A stretch of 35,369 bases of DNA from Sphaeroforma arctica JP610 (taxonomy: Eukaryota). Position 1 is the first letter of the stretch. The number at the start of each line of letters is the position of its first letter. The notes beneath the pieces were generated by a model. It was not told the DNA's origin. It saw only the letters and a list, made by a program, of their open reading frames with translations, and ran no database searches. The DNA lies in assembly GCF_001186125.1 (NCBI RefSeq), contig NW_014040463.1, positions 25,652 through 61,020 on the forward strand, given 5' to 3'. This document shows, one piece after another, positions 11,001 to 23,934 of this stretch. Position numbers and translations under genes: made by a program.

Positions 11001-13250
11001 GGAGTGTTGGACATCATGTTCAAAGTGTGAGTGTACATGCACGTGCGAATGAGAATGACGACATAGGGATGCAGTCATCTCTGAGCATATGCGGGTGTCG
11101 TGGAAAAAACATGCATTGGCTCTCGGAATGACCGTCATTAAGTCAGCATGCATATGTCTGAGAGCTGAGAGCGGCAGATTATCACAATACAAATAAGCAC
11201 CCTGGGCGTAGATAGCAGGCAAAGATCACTAGATCGTGGAACTTCGTAGTGACGTGGCGTGTTCTGTCGTGCAGTCCTATAGAGTACAAAGTACCACATG
11301 GCAAACCAACAAGATTCTTATATTCATTCAAATCAATCAGAGGTGTCCACACAGACAGTTTCATATCGCTTACATGTGGAAATGATGTCGCACTGAACAA
11401 TGGCAACGCAAACGCAGCAAACTAACAAGGATTATAATGGAGCAGTATTAAAAGTCTACATGATATAATCCATCCATGGCGTTCTACTGACATACATTTT
11501 ATCGTCTGGAGAATCCAGTCCGCACACTACACACGATCCGTTGTCTGTCCGCTGTTCATAACCTATTAATGGTGACAAATGGAGTCCTGTACCTTAGCTT
11601 TGAGATCACAACAATTGTGACTTACTGATGACAGCTTAATTTGTGGGTAGAATTTGTTGCGCACAAGAAATGCGAGCTAAGTAAGGTCCACTAAAGCACG
11701 GGAAAGGTGTGATACCATACGCAGATTGTCTGCTGTAACTATTGTATGACAGTTGTATACCGTGTCGGCACAACATATATATTGACAGGAGAAAATATAG
11801 TGTGAATATGGGAGCATGAGTTTCATATAATTCGAAAATTAAGTATGCATTGGAGAACATCAATCACTCACCATTGAAGTTTTCAATGGTTGGATTGTAC
11901 TTCTTGGCGTCCTTTTTGATCACACTCGCCAGTTCTGAAAAAGATTGAGACGAATATACAGAGATGTCAGTTATGTGCAATGCAAATTCATACTAAATAA
12001 AAGTTCCCAGTTCGGTATAGGTCCGTGTTTGTGCAGAAGCTACAACTCCGCTGTGTGTCCATATCCAAGCTAAAGAATGCGCAAGTCTTATGCACAGCAG
12101 TTTACAGACACTCGATATGAACTGAGCGTCCATCGGACTCGCAAACCTGCATGAAACAGAGTGCAGAGATGGAAGGTGTGTGGCAGCGAGTGAATATTGA
12201 GATGCGCACGTGTCCAAGTTGATTTGTGCGGGAATGCACATGCTATGATATCATGTGGAGAAATCAGTGAGAACTGAAACAGCCATGATTTGTGGGATAT
12301 ATGAATAGATATAGCCATGTGTTCTGGGATACACATTTAGTGCAGAAGTTTTAGGGTTTCCGATATACATGGTTGGTACCCTTAAGCTATTGAACCCAGC
12401 TGATTTGCGTGCAATTTGCTAAACGCATCTGAATACATACACGGGAAGACACAACGTGCAACAACTGCATGCCAGAGAGACACATGGGATGTTCATTTTC
12501 CGACTGCATAGTCTATGTGGGAATACCTGAGTGATTCAAAATGCCTAGGTGATCCGAATGGTATCCCGCATGATGTCTTCAATTATACAATATAGAATAT
12601 GGGTCGTGCGTGCTGTGGTCTAAAACTATGCGCGAGCACAATAGATATGTGTAGGTATGTGTGCTGACAACTTTGTGACACGAAAGGTTGGACCGAGGAG
12701 CCCATTGCAATCAATTACAGGATAGTTACATCATCATTGCGTGGAAATGGTTTCATGCCACTTAAAAGGACAGTGCTTGATTTTGATACCGAAAAATATC
12801 AGTAGGAGGCGCGCACATATGTCAATTTCGTATTGACTGCAATGTGTGATAGAGGCTTGCTCACATTACTGAATTGCTAGATACCAAAACACATCGCCCA
12901 TTCCGGGTAGAAAAATGTACTCCCAGATGCCACCGGCGGTCAAGAGACATAGCCATGCTCACAAAAAAGAATTGTGCAATAGCTCCAAGAATTGGGCTAT
13001 ACTAAACCTGGGCGAGAGGCAGCACTAACTTTGAGAACAAAGCATCCTTGTTGCTGCTTCCTGCACCATTGACCATACCAACTTTTATAAGCGTTCCAAC
13101 TGATCGAATTGTTCTGCTATATGTCCACGATCACATGAAACCCTCAAGAATACTTTACCATAATGGACACTCATTGAACATACACACACTCACACACTCA
13201 CACAGACACAGAGAGACACAGACACAGACACAGTCACAGACAGACACATA

Positions 13251-13287
<37 letters not shown>

Positions 13288-13298
13288 TATACATATAC

Positions 13299-13397
<99 letters not shown>

Positions 13398-13862
13398 TAT
13401 ATATATAGATATATATGACAACCGCAAAATTGCGCATGTACGTGCATAAATGTTTTCAAATCGAATACGCTAGTAATGTCCGTGCAATTGAGTATAAGAC
13501 CCAGTTGGAATGTCCTCGCGCGTCTCAATTATGTAACCTGGAAACTTACTTGGATTGCCCAGGATAATCAGAGTGGTGAGTGCCGGGAAGTTCTCTAAAT
13601 GTAATGCCTCCAGCGAAGGGATGATATTATTCGATACATCCAGATACGTCAGGTTTTCGGCTTTGAAGTCTAGCTCAGTGAGCTTATTGTGAGAGAGATC
13701 CAATCGTGTTAACTTAGGCATGGTAGCCATGATCTTCGCATCAATGGTTATGAGCTTTTCTCCTTCTAAGTTGAGACTCTTGACACAGTCTACGTGCTTT
13801 CTCGCAGCTTTGTGCAGTATAAGCTGCTCCGTGAGTACTGTAGTTTCTCCATCTTGCGACAT
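4479..13862 (-). CDS. LRWD1: LRWD1/ORCA-like protein (LRR - PHD finger - WD40), at least 14 exons
   Basis: Exon 13550-13862 encodes the LRR ([23 protein letters not shown]); exon(s) near 13008-13113 are unresolved. Phase-consistent GT-AG exons follow: 11872-11934, 11496-11562, 10594-10703 (PHD), 10079-10279 ([15 protein letters not shown]), 9317-9441 ([11 protein letters not shown]), 8542-8667 ([13 protein letters not shown]), 8364-8424, 7575-7760 (IDLWQIG), 7298-7381, 6489-6590, 5746-5895 ([13 protein letters not shown]), 5299-5396 ([13 protein letters not shown]), 4479-4613 ([10 protein letters not shown]..stop). The motifs are colinear with vertebrate LRWD1 as I recall it (LQCHS..TQLWACAFEP, VATCGGEAVCV, LTDSNIVAIW). 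Confidence 0.85.
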
Positions 13863-14284
13863 TGTGTGTAGCGAAATCAGACCGTTCTGAGAGGGTCTTC
13901 TCCGTGAACTAATATGAACTGTAAGTGTTGCTTGTGTCTGCGGTTGGCTCAAAAACGTAAGGCTTAGACGACGCTATATATCAGATATACTAATAAAAGC
14001 CAAAGAGTACTTTCTGTTTCGTATAAATGGTAGCAGTTAATCCTATGGCTATTTGTACCAGACGAGACACATTTATACCCGCGGTTAGGTTAGATAGAGT
14101 CACACAGTATATATCTAAATAGATAGACTGACTTCTGTGTCCCTGATTTATTTATATATTTTATTTACTATCGTGTGCTACATAAACGCATTTTTACTAT
14201 CGTGTGCGGGATCTTTTATTTCGATATTTGCTGTGGCTGTGAGAACTCCTGAAAAGTGAATGGAATTCCTCCATCACGACGTAC

Positions 14285-14299
14285 AAAAGCGCGCCAAAA
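14285..14299. promoter_or_regulatory. E2F-type site in the LRWD1/NASP divergent promoter
   Basis: AAAAGCGCGCCAAAA; its reverse strand contains TTTGGCGC, an exact match to the TTTSSCGC E2F consensus. It lies in the ~790 bp between the two start codons. Confidence 0.55.
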
Positions 14300-14652
14300 T
14301 CGAGTTGACTTGTGGACTGGTACTGGGTCCAGGGTACCCCGGCCCAGCGGTATGTATTTCGTTTTTATAGACTGAAAATCAGAATTATTTCATTTTAGTG
14401 GTAAGAGTTGGTTTAAGGCGGGCCTTTTGCTGTGTAGAATGTATAGGATATTGTACCGGGATAGATACAAATAAATAAACAGCTCATTGCACTAGGTTCA
14501 CACTATAGCTACGTACGATTCCAGACCAAAGAATCAACTTCGGGTGTAGTAAACCAATAATTGATACAATATTGACATTCTCATACGTTGATCTGCTGTA
14601 GTAGAACACTACCGACCACACAAAGCCAGCATTGAAACATATAACAATCAGC

Positions 14653-17327
14653 ATGTCCTCTACAGACCCAGTCACAATTGGAGGCAACACAGCTTCTGAA
14701 GTAGAGAAGACTGAAAAAAATACAGCTACAGAAATAAAGGACTCGAATAACAATGGCGCAGTCGTTGATTCAACCGAAAGTACCGAAGAGAAGGTTGAGA
14801 TGAACAAAACACAGAGCGATGATACGAAGCCGGTCGGCGTAGCTGAGACGGACGATATAGGCAAAGGAAAGGCGGAAGATCAAACAGCCGAAGGTGTGGT
14901 GTGCATGGTGTATTCTTTTGGTCCTGAAATCTCACACTTGATTCTTCTCGTACTTGCGACGAATTACTCGTTTTCTACGTGTTGTGTTTTTTTAAAAGAT
15001 CAATTGGACCCGACTGTATTGGCCTCCTATGCATGATAGTAGCTAGTAGGTCGAAGATTATTTCAAGTTACGTACTATGGGATCTGGATTCTAGTCATAT
15101 CAACTGAGAACATGTGTACTGCGTACATTTTTCTGTAGACTTAAAAAAGGATAGCACATTCACGCTGTCTGCTTAGATTAAGTGAGTGCAGGCTTTGGCA
15201 CTGCGAAAAATGGTCGGTTGTCTCAGCAGGTGTACGCGAATATATACCCTTTCAATTATTTCAGTAGTATATACTTGTCAACTGTTTTACCTCTTGAAAT
15301 ATTAATGGATGAGAGCCCAACTAGCTTTCGCATCAGATGGACACGCTATTTTCCGTTACCCCCCCCCCCCCCCCCTCCGGGGGGGGATAGTTGTCAAAAC
15401 ATTGCTGCGATAGGGATATTCTATTCTGATGTTATTTTTCTCTATTGCATCAAAAGTGGAGGAGGAACCCAAGAAACAGTACACTAAAGAAGACCTGCCC
15501 AAGGCAGATCATATCAGGCGTGAGGTATGCTAGCTTCATAGTGCAATGAACCTCACTCGTCTGTTGATGTGTGTTATAAATGTGTGTGTTACGCAACGCA
15601 TGGTAGTAGTTGCGATTTGACAGTTTTGACAGGAGGACCGGCGGTAGCATGTTGATACAGATTCTCGCAACATTGCCGTATGTGATGACGATATACTTTA
15701 CAGCTTTAATTTGTACATGTACACACAAGCGTTGTCAGAATACATGTGGCTAGTAATCTGGATATCGCATACGTAATCTCTGGAATTCTTTATGTGCACA
15801 GGGCTGCTTGAGAAGTCTAAAATTGTATGCCATATGCTCAGAACGAGATCCTCCTGATTAATATGCACATCCACTTGTCCGTATTTACCGTGCAAGTCCG
15901 CGTAATTGTTGGCACATATATACTGACTATCATGAAACAGACCTGTAGCTACCCGCTCTAGCACCTTACATGATAGCTTCTGTCCTAAGGCGCAATATTC
16001 CTATTACTGAGTCATACCCGTGTCACCTAGCTTGCCTACATCAGGTCAGGGCTGGGTGCAGAAACTGTCAAGTACTGTAAGACAGTGTATACCGTGGCGC
16101 ACATGTTGCTATATGTTATGCAGTGTTTTGGAGCCATTCGTTTGTAGTTTTGCGTACTGTGTTTTTCCGACAAACCTGGAATGCGTGTTAGAAATTCGTC
16201 TTGTCTTTTCGGCACAACTTGCAGTCGTGCATAGAATGAAATGATCGAATTGTATATCACGGCGGAATCGCACAGAACTGCGATCTAAATGAACTGCGCT
16301 ACAGGTTTGATTGTATCGAACTAAATCAACATCTTCTGCTTGTATAATCATAAATAATTCACTCCCGAACCCCTCACGATTTAGAGAAATCTTCTGACAT
16401 GAAAGCATGTGACGTTTCCTGTCTTTAATACAGGCCAAGCTTCTGTACACCAACAGGGACTACAGTAAAGCCGTTGAAAAGTACGTAGAAGTGCTGGAGG
16501 TATACACGAGTGTGTACGGTGAACTAGGTGCCGAGTGCGGAGAGTTGTTCCTCTGGTATGGCGACAGTCTTCTGCAAGTGTTAAGAGAGAATCTGCAATT
16601 GATCGACGATTCTGAAGAGTTCGAGGTGTGTTCATAAGTGTGTGCATGTGATATTAGGGTGTATGCGTGGGACTATATCCGTATCGTCAATACATCTCTT
16701 GCTCATCAAGTATAAGTCTAGTGTGAGCTGGGTATAGGCAGCGCTTAATCGTGTAGCTGCATTTAGGGGGCGTCCTTAGAAGTTTCTCCTGCATACATAT
16801 CATGTATTTCGACAACTGAAAGTCCTTGGACCAAAGTATAGGCTGATGTGTACAACCGCTTTCAAGCCCACGCATGGACATGCCATATCTCACTAGAACT
16901 TTATTCGCGGACCTGAATGAGCTCGTCAAGGTTTTCTTTGATGTTTTTTGCTTGCCCAAATATCCTCCATACTTAAACATACGGTAATCTCCAGTACAAG
17001 TGAATCAGGTCTGCAGCTCCAGCTTTTGGCCTCGCATCTCTTTCGGTGCTCTACAGGCCAATCACGCGGTTTAATACTTCCTATTGGACTGCTGATATGC
17101 TATTTTGCTTTGTAATCATCATTTTATGCGTAGGATTGCTGGAATGTGCTTGAGGTAGCACGTGTCATATTCGAACGCGATGCGCCCAAGTCCAGTATGT
17201 TGGCGATGACTCATCGCAAACTGGGGAATCTAAATAACGACGTCTGTGAAGAATATGAGAAGGTAGGTACACGTAGCCTATTAATTCGTGTACTTTACCA
17301 GACAGTCGAAGGTGTCCGGGATAGCCA

Positions 17328-17368
<41 letters not shown>

Positions 17369-17403
17369 TAAATATATATATATACATATACATCAACATA
17401 TAC

Positions 17404-17474
<71 letters not shown>

Positions 17475-19940
17475 ACATATATATATATACTAGTATCGTA
17501 AACCGGTTTGATGCTCAATTCTGATTTACTATGTACATACAGGCAATCGAGGATTACAAAAAAGCCATAGCGCTGTACGAAGCCCTCCCTGAAAAGGACG
17601 ATAGAGCCGTTGCTGAACTACACTTTTTCACGGGACTATCTCATAGCAACCTGAAGGCCTTTGCCGAGGCACGGGCGTCCTACCAAAAAGCAGCCAAAAT
17701 CCTCAAGCGGTGCCTTGACTCCTGCGTTCCCACGTATGTTATCATACCCTTGCCCACTCACGTAGAGTATCTACTATTGACGTACCAATTTATACTCATA
17801 CTATAAACGCAGGTGTTTTTACCCCTGTCTTCTCAAGTATGTTATCACTCCCAATTCGCTCACTTTAGTATTCATACTCCTGCTTATGGCTTTCGTTATA
17901 ATACCCCTGCCTTCTCACGTAGAGTAATATACGGTGATAGCCTGTGTATGGTGATTTCGAGTGTTCGATGATATTGCCTAAGTTTATATTGTTTTTTGGC
18001 CGCAGGGTGCGTTTGTGGGGCCAGTAGTTTTCATGTCACTAACTTGCGCAAGCATATGTTTTCAGACCTGCCGTGTCTAGGATCTGTAATTTAATTTCGA
18101 TTTTGTTTACTGAAAATTGAATACAGCGAGACCAAAGAATTGCAGGAAATCATTGACGACTTGAATCTGAAGGTAAGTCTAGTTTCTTTATCGCTTACCT
18201 ATTGACATTTGCACTATTGAAACTTAGGACGTGGCTCAAAAATGGGTTAAATTGCTTCTCACAAATCTGTAACAAAGTGAACTTTATCGCTATGATAGTA
18301 TCACAACCGCAAATTTTGATATGCAAGTCGTGTGGGAAACACCTGCCATTCTCATTGAATCAAGTCACAAGAACAAAACATACCAAAAGGTACATTATTA
18401 ATTCAATATGATCCATTGCACCACAGATTGAGGATACATATAGCATGGAAAAGGAGCACGCAGAGAAAGAAAAGATCGAACAGGCGGACAATGTTGTTCT
18501 GAAAAAAGCATTCCAGGACGCCATGCAAGCCGGTAATGTAACTTTACCTGGGGCCTCCATAGGCCCTTCCTCAAGCGGCGAAGGCTCGTCCTCGACTCAA
18601 GTATGTTGTTTTTACGTATGGTTCCGATATTCTCAATACAAGCATATAGGTGTGTATATCTGGAATGTTTGTATACAAGTACAAACCCAATTGTCTTTTC
18701 TGGCCTATCAAGAATTGTATCGGATTTTTCAATACCGTGTATCATCGCGCACTGGATTTTAATATCGGAAACATTAGTTTAGTACATTGGTATTGGGAAT
18801 TTCTGCTAGTTCTCGTTGGTATGCATGTTCGAGCGACCTGCATGTCGTCTTCATGAAACTGAAAACGTTGCGAAGCACGCTGACATCGCATACAATCACC
18901 GATTACCACCAGTAGCGAAATATGCATACTATCACCGATTACCTACTCGAACAGCTATTGTACGGGATAAGAGTATTACCATGAATGGCCTACAGTATCA
19001 GCTTATGTCCGGAAAATGAACACTGCCACCGATTACCTACAGTAGCAGCTATTGTACGGACTGAGCATGCCATGGTCAAACTGGTTATCCGACTTTCCGA
19101 CTGAAAAGCGATACCCTCAGCAAATATCCCCCCCTCTAATCTTCCCACGCATACACACACTCCCACTTCAGGAGCCCTCCCGAGCCACGGTACTAGCACC
19201 CATCCTGACCACAGATACACCCACAGCGCCCATAGTTGATCTCACTAAGCTTGTAAGGAGAGCCAAAGCAACTTCCATATCCCAGCGCAAGGACGACAAT
19301 ATGAGCATGATTGCCAACGCTAACTCGAGTGCCGGCGGTAGTCTGGTCGATGGGTTTGGCGATGGTTTCGCACACACAGGACCTGTGATTGATCTGAGTA
19401 GCTTTGTTAAGCGAAAGAAACCTGTTGCAGGTGCGTGTTACTGTGCGAACCTACAATTGAATGCGTCTATGCGTGTCGTATGTGTGTTGTATGTGTTTTT
19501 GTTCAGAAATTGTATCAATTTAGGCGGGAGAAGTAGGCGAGTGTCGCTAATTGGACCCGTATTGTATATACATCTGTGTGTGTGCAGGGCTTGTATCTAA
19601 TATGGGTGTGGGTAAGAATTCAGAACTTGCAACTGGTATAGGCGCGGGCATATCATGAGCTTCATATGATCGGCCATCTCCCGTATGGAAGTGGATATAT
19701 ATTCACAAGTAATCATGGATGTATATGCTTGATTCACTTTCCCTCTGATCGACTATATACTCACTTTCACAATCTCATCTGATACCCACCCATATAGATA
19801 TCAACAGTCTAGTGAAACGTAAGACACCAACGGGTGAGACCCCAACGGGTGAGAACAACAGTTCCGCGGGTAACTCGCCCAAGAAACCTAAGACAGATGT
19901 CCCAGAGACTGTGGCCCCTGGCGCAGGCGTCGATTTATAA
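14653..19940 (+). CDS. NASP: NASP/N1-N2/Hif1/Sim3 family SHNi-TPR histone chaperone, 9 exons, about 480 aa
   Basis: Phase-consistent exons 14653-14893, 15457-15524, 16434-16625 ([20 protein letters not shown]), 17134-17262 ([18 protein letters not shown]), 17543-17733 ([20 protein letters not shown]), 18127-18172 (ELQEIIDDL), 18427-18600, 19172-19430, 19798-19940. Acidic N-terminus and basic C-terminal DLxxLVKRK motifs. Confidence 0.9.
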
Positions 19941-21161
19941 CTATTAATGTATGTTGCGTAGCATTCCCCTGTACGGAGGTTGCATTCTCTAAGACGTATA
20001 GTAGGTCCTAATTATTGGTTGAACTGAGCAGTCTGGTTCTCAGCTGTGAGATCGCATACGCTTACACGGTGGGCACTAAGGGTTGCCTATGTCATGTAGG
20101 TAGAGGTCACTTGCCTTGTCATGTGGCAGTCTATCAAGCAATTCAGCAAGTACAGGCTATCGCAGTTTAAGTAAAGCAATCGGGTAGTTTCCCATGCTTA
20201 GGGGAAACACAAATATGGAATATGTGTGGAAGTAGGCATCAACGCGCTCTTTATAGTTTATGGAAGTAGATGGCTGAGTGTGTGCGGAATGGGCTTGGTG
20301 TACATGGCGTAAACGTTCTGGCATCGTCAGTTGCATAGAGCGGGAAACGAGTTCGGCGGAATGCGCGCATGTGCTGGTGCGCAATTCACAGACGTTTGGG
20401 CGGGAGACGCGGCCAGGGCGCAAATTTCCCGCAGATGATATGCACAGAAGTAGTAGACAATTATCGAGAAGTAGTGGGAATGTTTTACTTACCAAGAGAT
20501 GTGGGAGAATTACACCTTGTGTGGAGGTAGGCATCACCAACCCTTTGTTGTTGTCAGCTGCTATAGAGAGCATCGGCATGAGCTATGCAACGTACAGGGA
20601 AAGTCGATCTTCATGTACGGAAGCAAATTGGATTTGCATGCGATAGTACATAGCTCCTTATCATATACCACAGATATGGGGAACATTCAACCGCTTGTGC
20701 GTACAACAGTAGTCCAGGGCGCATAGAATGTGTAGGTATGCTTCACTGAGAGTAGTCTCTAGTACAGCGAGGAAATGCAAGCATGTATAGCCCAGCAACC
20801 ATTGCCTTCGGCATGAGGATGACATAATTAAAGTTGAAGTTCATAGGCAGAAACAGCTTATGCCGCAGTGTAATTGTTTTGTTGGAAACAATGATCTTCG
20901 ATATCGACGTTCGGTCAATGAAGGAAAATAGCAGACATAAGATGAAAAAGTAGACTCTTATAGATAATTACAGTTTGAGAAGTATCAGATACAAAATACA
21001 TATTTCAAAGATTTCGGCACCTGAACACCATCCCACACTATTGTGCTCGATGATAGTTTGTGAATCTTTATTTACACATAAATATGCCGGGAGAATTTTA
21101 CACCTACACGTCATCTCACTCTCCCATACTCGAAAGCCGACTTGTACTATGTATCCCAGCT

Positions 21162-23701
21162 TCACATCATATTCTCCAGGGCGGTCACCCTCTCGCCCAG
21201 TTTGATCCGCGCCTTGCGTTCCTTATGGTACAAGCGCTTGAGTTCAAGTATCTCCTTTTGCAGCTGGAAGCCATCGGGTTCTCTGCCCTCGTCGGAGTCG
21301 TCGTCTGAGCTCGAGTCCATGTGGATCATACTCTTGGATCTAGATTTGACCGAGCCTTCCCTGCTCACACCTTTCTTACCTACACTCGAGCGAAGGGGTG
21401 TGCACAGGGCGAAGACAGGGAGTGAGTACGATGCTAGTCGGATGTGGCACACACAAATGGCTCAAAGTGCAAAAAGGACGATAATGTGTACAGAATACAT
21501 CCAAATATCTCGGAGACACAAGCTTAAATGATCATATATCTACTATGCATCACATAGATATAAACACATACATATATGGCCTGATATCGTAACTGTAGAA
21601 CATCGGCCACAGTCCTTACCTGAATTACCCTCGGGAGGCGCTGGCCGGCCCTTATTGAGCGACGGCAACGGCTCCTCTTTCTGTGGCAAGGAACTGCTGA
21701 AGGTCTGCTTGATGCTTCCCTTCTGGCTCTGTTCTCGGTCGTGCACCGAAGTTCGGGATGACTGACTGGGGGAGCGATCTATAGCATTTTGGGGAGAGGC
21801 CGCGTCGGCTCTGTGCACACCCACAGCCGCCATGCTGCTGTGGTCGTGCGGTTCTTCGTGGGCGTGTTGACTGTGACGCTTGTGATCGTCACCGGCTGTG
21901 ACATTAATGTATGTAAGTGTCAGCTAAAAATAGATGGTGGTTATTACTATTAGCGATGGAGAATTGGCATGGGTGGTATGCTCAGCAAAGTTGAGGAATA
22001 AAAGTAATCGAGTCGGAGTAGAAGGGTTACCCCCTGTACCGTCAAGGAACGTCCAGTGTATAGTGCAAAAGTGCGCAACACAGCTCTCAAACGAACCACA
22101 ATAGATGGCGACTTATATCGAGTCTGTGCAAGCAAGCATTCACATGTGTGCTGGAGTGGTCGAACAATGAGCTTTCGCCGCACTTCTACCACACGACACC
22201 ATCTCTCTAAACCGTACAATATTAAGTTACCTGTCGTAACAATATCTTATCTAGCACGGCTACCTTAACTAAACAATGTCTTATATCCAGATATACCTAT
22301 CAACACGAGAAAATGCCGCATGCGCAAACACCACATCATTCAACCCACCTCCGCTGTTCTGTCCCTTAGCAGCGTTCTTAGCTAGCAAATCCTTCTTCCA
22401 TTTAGGTACATTATCGCCGGCGCTTGCTATCGCAGCCTCTGGCATGGCCCTCATAGGTGCTACAGAGGCAAACGACATACGAGTATAGAACCTATGAGAC
22501 ATACGTACATACAAGGGTGAGGCATACCCGAGTACAATGATCGAGACATATGTACGTACAAAGGGTAAGGCATTCGTGCACACATAATTAAACTACATGT
22601 GTAATAACGTGTCCAGAGGAACGTGGGCCAGCACAGTTGAAGGGTACCAGGTGGCATACGCTCGTGAATGCTAGTAGGAAACATAAGCGCATGCATGCCG
22701 TGGGTATACAGACATATACATGATGTGTGTCAATTCAGGTGCAAAGAATAGAAGAAATCTCGGTAAGTCAACAGGGCATGTTATATTCAACAACCAGAAG
22801 CTAGGTAAGGCAAAGTAGGATCGAGATGCAACTTATGTTATACTAAAACAATACGAAGGAATGTAGGTTGAACTTGATATTGAAATCTCCGGCATACTCG
22901 CAAAAGTCGGACATACCCTGCTGGTGGGATAAGAAAGCAAAATATACGTATATGCAAACCAATGAACATACACACGTACACGGAGCCTAAAAACACACAT
23001 GTATGAAGCTATGATAGCACATGCATGCAAACATATACCAACACAGATACAGGGCCATACAAGCAGATGTATGTAAATGATACATACACACATAAATATT
23101 AATACAAAGACTTGGAACCGTACAATAACATACATTTATGGATCTAAACACACACACAGATGCACACTAGCCTACATGGTTGTGGTTCAGGTTCAGGCTC
23201 GGGTTGTGCGGGCTCTTGTGGGAGATCCTCAACGAAATTCGACGGCAACCATCCGACTACACCGTTCAGCTTGCCTTGCCACCTGTGTGTGTAGATCAAG
23301 AATGAGTGTGGTACGTATAGCATATTACAGAAGCACTATTTCACGATAGTGAACGCATGTGATACTGTGTATATATGGTTTTTTATAGCCAGCATTGTCG
23401 CCTGTGTGTGTGGGATAATGAATTAGTGTGATATGACTGTGCTTGTAGTCTGACATGGAAAGCCTTGTTACAAAATTGTGCGTGTAAAGCAATATGTGGA
23501 CCGATGTGTATATCACCTGCATGATAGATCCAAGTACATTTTCAACAACCAACCAGTTTGTGCGATTAAAATTTTGTAAACTATGAACATCCGCAGGGTA
23601 TTGGTGCCCAGTAATAAACGATTTGATATTAGATTCGACCATACATATACACAGAGCGAAAGGCTGTGGTAACATAAAGGTAGGTATACATATATACATA
23701 A

Positions 23702-23762
<61 letters not shown>

Positions 23763-23824
23763 ACCAGTACGAAAGAATTTCATATAACACGCATCTGCAC
23801 AGTGTTATTTTTTTGGGGGTACGT

Positions 23825-23857
<33 letters not shown>

Positions 23858-23898
23858 CATACATATACATATACATATGTATATATACACCCACCCAC

Positions 23899-23934
<36 letters not shown>

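Noticed and set aside
11182..11406. Candidate additional LRWD1 exon
   Set aside because: Its phase does not fit, and the flanking PHD exons already join in frame without it.
15359..15386. Poly-C/poly-G stretch as a terminator or structured RNA
   Set aside because: Simple homopolymer runs in an intron with no other support.
15698..17060. Antisense ORFs inside NASP introns (15698-15964, 16109-16453, 16687-16980) as a nested gene or TE relic
   Set aside because: Complex sequence but no recognisable motif and no consistent splice model; a tBLASTx search would be needed.
20157..20726. Overlapping ORFs between NASP and the SH3 gene
   Set aside because: No recognisable domain; degenerate local repeats in a convergent 3' region.
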